From Phoronis australis (Eukaryota; Animalia; Phoronida), in contig NMRA01000692.1 of assembly GCA_002633005.1 (NCBI GenBank), positions 136,977 to 200,976 of the forward strand: DNA of 64,000 bases, read 5' to 3'. Within the stretch, counting starts at the first letter, position 1, and each line of letters begins with the position of its first letter. Shown here piece by piece: positions 52,601-64,000 of the stretch. Made by a program: the position numbers and the translations under genes. A model generated the notes under the pieces. The model made no database searches and was not told the DNA's origin. It saw nothing but the letters and a program-made list of their open reading frames with translations.

Positions 52601-55600
52601 CAAACGGGTATGCACAAACACAACAACTACAGTAAATGACTTCAGTTAGGGACGCAACATGGTCAAAAGTCTTCAGTTTTGGGACACATTATGGTGGACA
52701 TATGAAATTTTACTTTGTAAAATTTTTCAACAAAACTGACTCAGAAAATTATATTTTGCTTTTAACCTTTTTTGTATGCCATTGTTGTTGCAAAAACATT
52801 TGTAACGATGTTAAGTAAGCCTCTGAGAAACAGAAAAGTGACATTTTTTAAAATTAATTTCCCACTTTGGAAAAAATTTACAGGAGAAGAATCTCAGAAG
52901 AAAATAAGCATCAGTAGAGAATCAAGCTCACAATGTTGTCACGTGCTTTTGGAAACTGCACAGTCGTGGCACATGGTAGTGCAAGAACTTGCACCCTTTT
53001 GCGTGGCTGGTCGCAGGATTTTCAGTGTCATGTTAAAAGTACCAATATGGTTTTTATGCATTGTGACTTGAGTGGATAAATGTTGTCTGCTTCATTGTAA
53101 AGTTGTGAAGCTGTCCTGTCTTCACTATTTCAGGAGTTGTTCATCGTCAACACAGACACGAGAAGCATTACTAGACTAACTAAAGGTAGAGCTGATATTT
53201 GTTATTATAAAACGTGCTGTGCTTTTAATTTGTCAGTGTAGAAAAAAGATTCTTTCTCTTGTTATTTCTGCCTCCAGTTTCAGTAGCACGAGTAGGAGAG
53301 AGTTTCAACTTGTGTTGTATTCAGTCCTAGTCCGCTATGGCTTACTTCCCAGCAGCACCCGGTATTGAAGCCATGACCTTTCATTTCAAAGCTCACCACT
53401 CTAGACAATATAGACACTGGCTGTTTGAGTTCACAGAGTAATGTTGTTACCCAATGAATGTTTACAACTAATTCACATATACTAAGGTATAGTGTTATAC
53501 AACGCCCCCTGGTGCTGGACACTCATATTCGTACTTCACTGTGTTCTATTCAAGTCATTTTGCCTCTTCTTCTTTTCCTTTAAAATTGTATCATTTGGGA
53601 TATCACTTTAGTAGTTATTGTTATCATCTCGTACATTATTTAACTGTGTAGTAGTAACTGTTATACTTTGGACCACCAGGCGTGGTTACTTTGCGAATAA
53701 TAAATGTGTCAAAAGGTCAATGCTTCAATCCGATGCCGTCACGCGTTTAGCCAGTTACAGTTAGTGTGTAGACGACAAAAGTAATCAGACAAAATACTCT
53801 TTCCCCATCATAATTGTTTCACTGGTACTTTCTAGATGACAAGATTGGCACCTGGTCTCTGCTGGACGTTCATGATGACATTATCGTGGCATCTGCCGCG
53901 TCACCATCAAGTCCAGGCAAGTTGGTGAGTTGAATTGTTGACATAATTTATGAAGGGATGCTTACATAGAGCAGACACCATTTTGTGAGAGAGGGGATTT
54001 TAACCATGTACCTGTATTGAGCATTCAGCGTAGTGGTATTCGTTTTGGATAATTTTCCATACGATTAGGAAATTCTATTTGTTGTATCATTTACAGAAAT
54101 TTTGTCTCTTGATTCTTGAATCCTTTCCTTTTAAGAGTGATGACCTTGACAAATTGTGTGTCAGCCGGAAAGATGAACACCACTGCAGCAATGTCAATGT
54201 TTTTCAATTTGACAGTTTCTGAGGCAGTGTATCTCTTTAATACCTTAATTGGTCTTTTAATATTATGATTTTATGCAGGTGTTTGGTTTTTTACCTGGTG
54301 TGGGTGAGGAGCAAAGTATAAAATGGTGTTCTTTAGACCAAGAGGAGGCACAGCTGGAGGATGTATGCTGGACCATACTGAAGCACCATGTGCCTGAAGG
54401 TCATGTGAACAGAGGCAAGGATGGGTATTATGGTAAGTGTTCATGGTGTTGGGGCATCAGAATAAGCACATATTTAGAAAGGATGAAATATAAGGTGACA
54501 GAAAGTCATGCGAATGCAGGCAGGGGTATGGGTGTTTTGGTGAGCTTTACCTTAGCGTTCACATGTTGTTGTACACCTTGGTGTCGGAATGCTGTGTGAA
54601 CGGAGTCAAAAATGAGTATTGGGAATTTTATGGGGATGGCTTTGTACTTAAATATTTCAAGTAATGAGAAGTAGTTCCTATTTATTTAAATATCCTCTTT
54701 TCATGCATAATGTGCTCTACATATAATAAAAATCTCCCATTTTGTTTCAACTCTAGATGGCTGACTGTTTTCAGTTCAGATATCAATCTGGTCTGCTGTT
54801 TTGGCTAAAAAGCATTCGCAGCAATCTTGTGTCTAGTATCGCACACACCAGGACCATGTCCATTTATCTACCGTGCTTCACAGGGTCACTGTCTACCAAT
54901 CAAAACATTTCTATCGTTGAGGTCATTGCTCATGTGATTAATCCTTTTTTCACACTAATACAACATTACCCATAATACCATGTCATTGGCAAACAAATTT
55001 CTGTTATGAAGATGATGGCACCTTTCGTTTTTGTGATGGATTGGACGTATTCTGCTCCAAGTAGTGGCTATTTTAATTTTTTTTACTTTGATTTTTGTCA
55101 TATGCTTCTGTATTTGCCAAACTCCGCAGAGGATCATCATAACAAGAGCCTGACTGGTGTAGATTTTCTAATGAGCCCAACTGCTGTGGTGCCCCCTAGT
55201 GACATTTTTTTCATAACTGTATCTCTTACACCCCTTGAAAGATGATTTTGAAGCTTGCAGTTGTATTCCTATTAACTTGGAAGCAGATGGACAAATGTGA
55301 CTAACACTGTCGTTCCTTATGGCAGTTTGTTTCTTAATATGTTAATTGCCTTCGTACCTTTGGATTTCTTTGTCAGATTTTCGTGAAATTTGGAAAATAG
55401 TTTTGAAAGACGATGACACCTTCCTATTTTTGGATGAGTTCAATTTATTCTGTGCCATCTAATGGTCATTTTTATGATACAAACAAACACCCCTAAAAGC
55501 AACACCGTTTTTAGTGGAGTCGTGGGTGCATTTCAACGTTTCTCATTAATCTGACTTATTCTAATGGAGAAGAAACTTATAACAATCAACATTTAGGGTG

Positions 55601-58600
55601 TGATACATTCTTGTGTAACTTTGTGTTTTGTGAAGCATTTGTTATAAGAGCCATGCAAATAATGACATTGGCAACTGTGTTTGTGAAACAACAAGTCTGC
55701 TGCAGTACACACTATCTAGTGACTAATGTCTGTTCCAGCTGACCTTGACTATGAGAGTGTCTTATTGACCCCCAAGGGCAGTGACACCCCGCCACTTATC
55801 ATTTACCCTCATGGTATGTACTGTAAACTTTTAATGAAACTGTTAAATTTACAATTCAACCAGACCAGGAGAGTTTGTCTGACTAAGGTAACATCCAAAG
55901 GGCATAGTGTAATGACAAGAATATATTTACTTTGCTCGAGATGAGATATCTGACTAATGCACAGTCATCCACCTTATGTTAGTTTTACTATTTCATAGTT
56001 TTTAATTAACGTCAATATCAAATAATTAATTAAACTGGCCATAAAGTCTCTAACAGAAGCCAGGTTTCAAACAGAATCAAGTTTCCAGTTAAATACAGGT
56101 TGTAGGCTCTGATTAGTTAAAACTTGGTCTCTGTTACTAGTTTTAAATACTGAACGTGTCTGTCATTTTTATTCGCCCCATATTTTTATGTGGACGCATT
56201 ATGCCGTCATCTCCGTCTGTCCGGCATCCGTCCGGCGTCTGGCATTTGCTGCTAATTCTCCAAAAGCCTTTGACGTACGTTCATGAAATTTTTGCGCATA
56301 TGTTCCTTTCATGGATGAGACGGCATGAGCGAACTTTCGGACTGATCCAAGTACCGGTGTGCCCCCTAGTGGCAATTTTGTCTTTTTACGCTTACGTCTA
56401 TATCTTTAAAGGTCCTCACCGTATTTTCATATAATTTGGCAAATAGGCATGTATTAGTAAGATGACGCTATCTTCCCATGGATGGATTCAACTTAGTTTG
56501 CGCCACCTAGTGGCCATTTTTGCTGTTTTCGAGTCTGTTTTTTGACGTCCACCCCTCTATCAACCAAACTGCTCTAAGCATGATTGTGGAAATTGGCATG
56601 TACGTTCTTACTATGAAGAGGACGACTGACGATAATTGTCCGATGATTTGGACTACTGTGGCACCTCCTAGTGGCAATTTTAGTTTTACCTCTGTATCTT
56701 CAATTGTTCTTAACGGATTTTCACAAAATTTGGAATATATCTATTGGTGAGGGCTGTTCCAGTAAAATCCGTGTGGGGGGACGGCAGTAGAAATAAAAAT
56801 TCATAGGTGGTGGTCTTTAGAAAAAAACTCAAATTATGGGTGGTCGTTCCTGTAAGCAGTGATGTATTAAAAATGGTTTTTTTTTTGACCTGTTACTGTT
56901 GACAGGTTGGTTACTTCAGCTGTGAAAACTCAAAAAAATGCATCTGGCATATATCCTAACTTATCCCAAAACAAAAACCCCATTTTGCCAGTGAACAGAG
57001 TGCAATATGTTCACTAAGCCATTAATCAAGTCATGGGCAACTTGATTTGACCAAACTGTTTGTCTGCAGTCCTATTCAATTGAAAAGTTCTGCAACACTA
57101 AACTGGTGTTAACACATATAAGAAAATTGATGATTTTTAAATAAAAAGTATGAGGATTAAGATAAACAAGTTCCAATATTCACTTGACATAGAAGTATAA
57201 AAGAGTTCGTGGAGACAGTTTGAGATTCATAGATCCTTATAATTGAAAAAATGTTCATTGAAATTATAGGCACATGGTGAACAGAGACACCTGGTGGCTA
57301 CCAAAAGTATTGCTCACAGGCTGCTTTAGTTTTTGACAATATTGGACAAGACAACTAGTTCTTGTCTGTCAATCATCTAAGTTCTTAACAGGTCCTCCTG
57401 GAGGCAATTTGTTTGCAAGTGTTGGATTTTATATTTTAACCTATTAAAAATAATTAAAAAATTATGGGTCATGGGTTGGAGAAATAAATGAAAAATATGG
57501 GCGGTGGGTACGAAATAAAAGTGCCTTCCCCCCCCTCCCATACAGATTTTGCTGGAACAGCCCTGAGCTGATCCTCCCGTTTTCGTATGGAATCAAGGTA
57601 CTTTGAGCTACCTAGTGGCCATTTTTTCTGTTTTCGAGGCTGTTTTTTTTTGGCGTTCACCCCTCGATCAAGCAAACCATTCTAAGGATGGTTTTGAAAA
57701 TTGGTTTATATTTTCTCAGTGTGAAGAGGACAGTTGACGATAACGAATTCGACTACTGTGGTGCCTCCTAGTGGTAGTTTTGTTTTGTGCCCATAGCTGC
57801 TTCTCCTAAACATACTGCAGGATCTTTATTACATTTAATTGTATTTATATGAAGCTAACAACAGATGACGACGTCTTTCAGGCGGATCCAATGAACGCTG
57901 TGCCTCATAGTGGCAATTTCATTTTTTCCGTTTTGTTTGTTTCTCTGAAGTTCGTTGACAGATTTTATGAAATTTGGTAGTTAGTTTTCTATTAAAAAAG
58001 CGATAGCATGTTCCTGTTTTCAGTTGGTTTGGACGTTGTTGCGCCATCTAGTGGCTATTTTTATGAAACAAATAAACAACCCTAGAAGCACACCGTTTGT
58101 GGTGCATTCGTGGGCGCATTTCAACGCTCCGTGTTGCTCTTGTATATGAATGCTGTACAGAGATACGGTAAAAATGTGACACATTGGAGCATACAAATGA
58201 AAGCTGGTGATACTCTGTGAGCTGCTTCTAAAGCATAGTTGTATCTCTTGGAAACTTGCTTTTAATAACAAAATTACAGTTTAGTCTTTTTGTTTAAAGT
58301 TTCTAAAGCACCTCTGTTTGTGATTTGTTTATTTCTCTATAAAGTGTACTTTGTAGGTGGGCCACATTCTGTATTTCCATCAGACTATATCGTCCAAACC
58401 AGTGGTCTTTGCAAATGTGGATTTGCAGTGCTCCTAGGTAGGATGCAGCTTCAACATATACTGATTCAAACTTTTAAAACATGATTTTCTGCCCTTAATG
58501 TGACTTTCATTGGTTTTTGTCCATTTCATGTTATGTAGAGCCTTATGTGCATGTCTGTAAAGTTTGCTCAATATCTACAAAGCTGTAGTAATAGTACCTA

Positions 58601-61600
58601 GTATTTTGTGAGAGTAGAAAGCCAGTAGAATTTGAGTTGGGACTTTTGACTAAGCTTCCATTGACTGGGTCACATGATTATGTTTTTTCAGTGAAATTTA
58701 GCGAAAAAAGGTTCATGCATAGCAAAACAATGGTACAAGTAAACCAAACTTTGGTTTATGGAAATGTTCAACGTGAAGTCTCAAAAGTTGTGTCACAGTT
58801 TTTTGGATTACTATTTCATTTTCATTTTATCAAACTTTCATTTTTTTCCTTAAAAATAAAACAGTTGTATTTTTCGTAACCCCTCATGTATGGGTCGAGC
58901 ATTTTAAAAATAACTCCTAACTCCATTTTGCAGAACAGTGCATTAATTACAGTATCTGAAATTTTCGTGTGAATCTGATCAGTCATTTTTGAGATGTGAT
59001 GTTCTGAATTGAGGCAAATATGGAAACTTGTCTTTGATGATATGTAAAGTTAAGCACAACAAATGCTAAGAACCATCATTGGTGAACAATGTAAAATACT
59101 GTCTGCAGCAGTATTTGTTTTGTAAGTTTTGATTTTTGTAGTAAATTATCGAGGTTCAGCTGGATTTGGACAGTGGAGTGTGGACTCCTTGCCTGGAAAT
59201 GTTGGGAGCCAGGATGTTTTGGATGTCTACGTATGAATTTTTTTAGTTTATGCTGATTCTCTTTGTTTCCTGTTTTGACTCTCAAGATTGTAAAATGTAA
59301 ACATCTGATTCGAATTTCAAGGTTTTGTTAAGAAAACAAAAGCCTGTTTTTTTACCTCAGCCATTGATCTCTCCATCCATGTTACGTGGAGATGGAATAT
59401 TATGCATAATATTGTTCTTAATCACTCTTCAACATGTTTCATTCACTGTTGTGCCTAATTGAATTTTACTGATATCAAAATAATGAAATGAAAGGTGGAG
59501 TGATTATCTGGTCATCGTTTGTTTTCAGGATGCAGCCATGCAAGTGTTTGAAAGTGGAGTTGTTGATAACAAAAACGTGTTTGTAGCAGGAGGTTCTCAT
59601 GGAGGCTTTCTTACGGCTCATCTGATTGGCCAGTTCCCTGTAAGTGCATCTGATTGGTCAGTTTCCTGTTAGTGCTTTGTTGATTCATATATAGAAGATA
59701 AAACAAATTTGTGGAGATAACTGCTCTATTGTTCACTGGTGTACTCAAGTCCGGTCGTCCCATGGGGTTGCTCAGACAGGTTACACAATAGAGGTCGCTC
59801 CAGTCATAAAGTTTTCTGCTATTCTTCTGCTCCTGCAGAATATACATCTCTAGCACTCAGTTTTTATGAACTTTACTTTGAAAGCTCTTGCAAAATTCCT
59901 CTTGTAAACTAACACTTGTCTAGAATTTTTCTTGAAACTTGACTATTAAGCTGCGGTTCCACTGTCTACTTTTAAACTACGATTTTCTACGTGAACAGGT
60001 TTTCGCAAGAGCAAAAGTCGAAAGTGATTTTGATGTCATTCATTTCTTTCAGGCGCTTTCCAAAGCAGCTGTCTTAAGAAACCCAGTAATCAACATAGCT
60101 TGTAAGTGTTGTTTAGATACTATAGCATACCAGAAAACACAGTGATGATGATCTGTGGCATCTCAGTCAAACACAGTGATGATGATCTGTGATATCTCAG
60201 TCAAACACAGTGATGATGATCTGTGATATCTCAGTCAAACACAGTGATGATGATCTGTGATATCTCAGTCAAACACAGTGATGATGATCTGTGATATCTC
60301 AGTCAAACACAGTGATGATGATTTGTGGTTTCTCAGTCAAACACAGTGATGATGATCTGTGATATCTCAGTCAAACACAGTGATGATGATCTGTAATATC
60401 TCAGTCAAACACAGTGATGATGATCTGTGGCGTCTCAGTCAAAGTTTTCCTTTTTATGGCAAATGTAACATGGTATAAAAAGACAAAGGTGAAAGTAATG
60501 TTAATAGTTATGAAAATGGTTACATGTCCCTTTTCCGTTATAGAATCAAACTTTAAACCATTTACTTGCCATTAAGATTATGTTGAACTTTACTGACCAG
60601 TCGGTGTATTATGCCAAATATCTACAAACTATAAATCTTAACTCTGTAGAAGTATTTTCTGAAAGTAGAAAGCCTGTGAAATTTTTGACTGTACGAATCT
60701 GTCATTGATTGGGTCACATGACCATGTCTTTTTAGTAAAATTTAGCAAAAAAAAAACAAATTAAGGTATATTGATTGCCAAACAACGATGTCAATAACAA
60801 CAATGTCAATAACAGCGGTGTCGATAACAACGGTGTCGATAACAACAGTGTCGATAACATGGTCAAATATTGTTTGATATAAATTCCAAGGTGAGATCTT
60901 AAAAATGAAAATGCTGTAATTTCTGAAATATTGTTTCGTTTCCATTTTGTGCAGTTTCTAAGTTTTTCCATGAAAATTATGAAAGTTTTTGATAGTCCCT
61001 CATCCAAAATTAGACCACTTTGAAAACAAGTCCTAAAAACACTGTTTTTGGTCATGATGCATAAAGCGTATCTGAACATTTCACGTGAATCTGATCATTC
61101 ATTACTGAGATGTGATGTTTCTAAGAAGGCCTACATAACATTAACTCATATTACAAGTGGTTTTGGGCTTGGTAAAATTGTCAGCTGGTTCATGCTTGAG
61201 ACCATAGCAACAATAACAACAGCAGCAGCAACAGCAGCAGCAACAACAGTAGCAGCAATAGCAACTGCGGCAACAGACCTGTCATAACAAGCCAACTTGT
61301 AGATCACTGTCTCGAGCAATAATGAAATGCCAGAAATCCTAGGGAAGACGTGGAGACTAATAATACGTGGTCTAAATCAAAGGTAGGTTTTTGTGACAGA
61401 ATACAGGTTTTAGAAATTATCAAAATTGTCTTGAGATTCTGGCAACGGCTTTGTCATGGGCTAATGTTTGATAAGTCTGATGAAGTTTGATTTGCAAAGT
61501 TGTAAGAAATGTTATGTTGAAATATCAAGGGACGCTAAGTTACCGATGTCTAATCTTTTTGTCTTGCAGCAATGCTCGGAACCACTGATATCCCTGACTG

Positions 61601-63143
61601 GTAAATATGCCGTGTTCTTTTGCTCTGACTTGTCATGATGCAGTTGTAGTCGTGCAGCAGTGTAGTAATGACTCGTCTTCATTATTGAATCACACATTAT
61701 ACAAGTAAATGGCAGACGTTGATAGGCTACGGGTCAATCAAAAAGTAATTTCATTACTTCGTTAATTTTTACACGGGAACTTGATTCTGATTTTCTTTAT
61801 CACTTGACCTTCATTAGAAACAGCCCGTTTCACATCAACTTGAACTTCGTCAACAGATTGGTACGACCAGTGATTTGGATACTTTTGCCATCTGTTGTTG
61901 AAACTAAACAAGAGATATCTGTAAAAACTTCTGGATTAGACATTTTCCTTGTCTAAGGAATGGTCACTACAATTCACTTCTGACTCATGACGTCGAAAAC
62001 ATTAGATCTGATAATGGAAAGTTGATGATACTGAAAAGTGTGCTAGGGTTTGTGATTTTTCTCTACAGGTAAGTATTAAATATTACTTGTGGGCGGATGC
62101 ATCCTTCTACTGCATCTGTAGCAGATTGTCACCCACCTTTACAGCTCAACATGTTATATAACTTTTGTAATTACTGATATCTGTAGTAGTTTAGTTTGTC
62201 ATAATATATATGACCTTTTATCTCGCCTACACGTGTTGTTTCACTGTAAAGTAGCTTTGGTATTGCTTCGCAGTTTGCTTATAAATATTAAGAGAAGAGA
62301 AATTGAATCTGTTTAGTGTAACAAAAAATTACTAAAATGTTTGAATATTGTGGTTTGAATAATGTGTTGCGACTTTTTTCACTCACAACAATTTTTCAAA
62401 ACAAAACTGCTACTGAAGTTAACTCTATTACCCAATAAAGCACGAACATTCAGTAAAGTGCTTGTATTGTGCACCACAATAAGACACGTGTCTACTTCTA
62501 GTGGTGAAGAACAGAACTAGTCATGGATAATGTACTTGCAGGTGTTTGGTGGAATGTGGCATATCACATGACATAAACAAGGTGCCAGGTAAAGAAGCAT
62601 ACACTGCAGCCTGGGACAGGTCACCCATAAGATATGTAGCACAGGTGTGTACGATGAATACAAAATGAAATTATGTATAAAATGGTAACTTAGAAAACTG
62701 TCACACCGTTCCTGAGATTTATACCTTGAACACCTCTGCCAAACGAAATTTGGTCAATGTTATTGATACTGTTGTTTTCCCATGAATGAACATTTCTTTT
62801 TGACAAAATTTTACTGAAGATGTGATCACGTGATCCAATCAATGGTAAATTGTTGAAATAAATAAAAAAATCTAAATTCTGCAGGCTTTTTACTTTCAGA
62901 AAATTTATTTTTAATTTTTTTTCTACATATTAGTTAAATGTTATTGTTTGTAATACTGTACGTACTTCTTGATAAAGTCCCACATAATCTTAAGTTTATA
63001 TTATAAATAGGCGATACATACAAATTTCCATTTCAGGTAAAGACACCATCCATGTTGATGATTGGTGCTGGTGACAAGAGGGTGCCACCAAAACAGGGAG
63101 AGGAATTCTATAAAGCGTTAAAGGTTAACCGTTGTGAAGTCAG
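37638..63143 (+). CDS. APEH: Acylamino-acid-releasing enzyme (acylpeptide hydrolase, peptidase S9C); final exon beyond the window
   Basis: Phase-consistent exons: 37638-37655, 38210-38442, 39145-39235, 39835-39913 (second copies 41314-41500 partial, 41838-41928, 42703-42781), 44232-44369, 46007-46143, 48270-48402, 49307-49428, 51837-51891, 52382-52485, 53134-53185, 53836-53924, 54279-54432, 55739-55813, 58357-58437, 59142-59230, 59529-59639, 60053-60101, 61570-61600, 62542-62644, 63037-63143. Motifs: EWTQRDLERME, LLYVAEKKR, HEPFRLGI, YPHGGPHS, VNYRGSAGFG, GGSHGGF (catalytic Ser codon 59595-59597), RNPVINIASMLGTTDIPDW, VKTP...GDKRVP (catalytic Asp). Confidence 0.96.
38513..38872. mobile_element. 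Young polymorphic MITE, 360 bp, 88-bp TIRs, TAG...CTA termini, 5-bp TSD GGTCA
   Basis: TIRs at 38513-38600 and 38785-38872 differ by 1 mismatch. GGTCA flanks at 38508-38512 and 38873-38877. The empty site (taactGGTCAgatcaag) is in the duplicate at about 41566-41570. Confidence 0.93.
40580..41313. other. Assembly gap (734 N)
   Basis: Run of n characters. Confidence 1.
41314..43440 (+). other. Second copy of APEH exons 2-4 and flanking introns (duplicate of 38256-40579), probably an uncollapsed allelic haplotype
   Basis: Near-identical sequence on both sides of the N gap. The exons differ only by a synonymous GAT/GAC. The introns differ by SNPs, a 360-bp MITE present only in copy 1, and about 170 bp present only in copy 2 (about 42197-42372). 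Confidence 0.85.
43645..43800 (+). mobile_element. Terminal fragment of a hAT-like non-autonomous element
   Basis: Begins CAGGGCTTGGAATTTTCCGCGGAAACGCGGATTTCCGC with repeated TTCCGC subterminal motifs. No partner end was found. Confidence 0.4.
44922..45566. repeat. Composite satellite built on the 10-mer AGTAGAATAC/AGTATAATAC with higher-order units
   Basis: Tandem pentamer/decamer units with a recurring GTCACTGTAGAATATATTAGAATGCAACAGTATGC block. It produces the spurious YCIL ORFs. Confidence 0.95.
46536..48056. mobile_element. Tc1/mariner (pogo/Tigger-type) non-autonomous element, TA TSD
   Basis: ta-CCGCATTTGCCCTAATAAGGGCTCA ... TGGGCACTTATTAGGGCGAATACGG-ta. The interior is more CpG-rich than the flanks and has no recognisable intact transposase. 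Confidence 0.8.
48838..49122. repeat. Composite tandem repeat (ACTGGTTATGACC/CAGTCATG palindromic subunits, about 97-bp higher-order unit)
   Basis: Nearly three copies of ...GACTGGTTATGACCTGTCTTGATTGGCAATGAACAGTCATGTCAAGTAATGACTGGTAATGACCTGCACACATCCTAACTGG... Confidence 0.85.
49581..50116. repeat. 53-bp minisatellite, about 10 copies
   Basis: CAGATTAGAAGTGAGCTTGTCAATACCTGTGGCCAGGGTCTCATCTCTGAACT units, head to tail with no unique spacers. Confidence 0.95.
50774..51604 (+). mobile_element. HINE/DINE-1-like element, full length (about 830 bp)
   Basis: Starts TTTATGCTCTCACATATTATGTGGGTGCAT and ends GTGGGCGCATTTTAATGCTCTGCGTCGCTCTTGT. Five internal monomers align with 56166-58143. Confidence 0.75.
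52480..52622. repeat. Degenerate ~14-bp tandem repeat seeded on the APEH exon 10 donor site
   Basis: AAACAG|GTACAC is reiterated about 8-9 times (AACAGGTATAC, AAACAGGTACAC, AAACGGGTACAC, AAATGGGTATGC). Confidence 0.8.
54985..55545 (+). mobile_element. Degenerate HINE-like copy (3' part)
   Basis: Monomers with GTGCCCCCTAGTG and GTGCCATCTAATGG, and a 3' end CGTGGGTGCATTTCAACG. Confidence 0.6.
56166..58143 (+). mobile_element. Helentron-associated (HINE/DINE-1-like) element, full length, with ~140-bp internal repeats bearing CTCF-like motifs
   Basis: In order: 5' T-run, subTIR/hairpin ATTCGCCCCATAT...ATGTGGACGCAT, GTCY-type microsatellite, central repeats, 3' subTIR GTGGGCGCAT, small stem-loop CAACGC-TCC-GTGTTG, end CTCTTGT. 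Confidence 0.75.
56751..57563. mobile_element. PIF/Harbinger-like MITE nested in a HINE-like copy, TSD TGA
   Basis: tga-GGGCTGTTCCAGTAAAATCCGTGTGGG ... CCCATACAGATTTTGCTGGAACAGCCC-tga. The host repeat resumes after it. Confidence 0.82.
60135..60443. repeat. 34-bp minisatellite, 9 copies
   Basis: AAACACAGTGATGATGATCTGTGATATCTCAGTC units. Confidence 0.95.
61205..61275. repeat. Imperfect (AGC/AAC)n microsatellite
   Basis: AGCAACAATAACAACAGCAGCAGCAACAGCAGCAGCAACAACAGTAGCAGCA. Confidence 0.85.
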
Positions 63144-63304
63144 GTATGAGGGTTTCTGCTGTTGTAAACCTGCCGTCCATTAAAAAATAAAACTTGCGCG
63201 TTAGACAGCAAACCCGTGTGGAACTAGTCCCAACTTGTTCTTTATTTATAGATCTGTCTGAAAGTCGTCGTCCTCCGATATTAAGATCATATAAATACAC
63301 CTAC

Positions 63305-63806
63305 TTAATTTAGTAAAGATCCTTTAAAAGATACAGCCATAGGCACAAAAAAACTGCCACTAGGAGGCACCACAGTAGTCGAAGTCGTTGGAAAATCATC
63401 GTTATCGGTCCACTTCATAGTAAGAACATTCATGCCAATTTTCACAATCATCCTTTGAGCGGTTTGGTTAACAGAGGGGTGGACGCAAAAAAAACAGTAA
63501 AAATGGCCACTAGGTGGTGCAAACTGCGTGGAACCCATCCGAAAACAGTAGGATAGTGTCACCTAACTAATAGGTGCCTACATGCTAAATTTTATGAAAA
63601 TCCGTTCAGGACTTAACAAGATACAGAGTTAAACTTAATCGGATCTGTCTGAAAGTTCGCTCATGCTGTCCCATCCACAAAAGGAACACGTGCAAAATTT
63701 CACGACCATACGTCAAGGCGTTTCAGAGATAGGAGACGCCGGACATACGGAGGGACGGAGATGACGGCATAATGCATCCACATATAAATATGTGGGCGCA
63801 TAAAAA
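63305..63806 (-). mobile_element. HINE/DINE-1-like element, truncated (reverse orientation)
   Basis: Same terminal hairpin (ATGCATCCACATATAAATATGTGGGCGCATAAAAA) and monomers as 34480-35073. Confidence 0.75.
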
Positions 63807-64000
63807 TTAAATACTCGGGGTTATTAACCAGTCGTGTTGTGACACATTTTGTGAGAAATGAGTTTAGGTGTACAATTACCACTTTCAGAGAGCAAATACA
63901 CATTAAAAAAGTCTACAGTCACAACTCTATTTCGCCCTGTTTAGCTAGCTTAATACGAAAGTCAAATTTGGTCTATTAATTTCATAAATTAGTCTCAAAA

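Noticed and set aside
53340-53420. tRNA gene on the minus strand
   Set aside because: Only degenerate A/B-box-like remnants and no cloverleaf; at most an old SINE head.
60135-60443. Tandem C/D-box snoRNA cluster (GTGATGA in each unit)
   Set aside because: No CTGA D-box on the same strand, and the 34-bp units are too short.

Overview
Eukaryotic, intron-rich, AT-rich genomic DNA from a draft assembly (734-N gap at 40580-41313). It looks like a marine invertebrate, possibly a hemichordate or other non-vertebrate deuterostome; this is inferred from gene content and repeat style only. The ORF track is mostly uninformative because the genes are spliced. Manual splice and phase reconstruction gives five genes: (1) an IHO1/CCDC36-like meiotic coiled-coil gene on the minus strand, 3' end not traced below 857, with a GC-AG intron; (2) head-to-head with it, an HDNR-domain C3orf84/CIMIP7 ciliary gene (+); (3) MRPL42 (-, 6 exons, 145 aa); (4) a secreted coiled-coil + F5/8 type C (discoidin) gene nested antisense in MRPL42 intron 3; (5) APEH (+, 21 exons seen, last exon beyond the window), head-to-head with MRPL42 with 111 bp between the ATGs. 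APEH exons 2-4 occur twice around the gap, most likely two uncollapsed haplotypes, which exposes a polymorphic 360-bp MITE with its empty site. Introns hold several MITEs and minisatellites. The most unusual signals are at least six copies of a Helentron/DINE-1-like element whose ~140-bp internal repeats each carry a CTCF-consensus motif, and a 35-bp minisatellite whose units each carry an RFX X-box. There is no sign of a prokaryotic system such as CRISPR or an operon.
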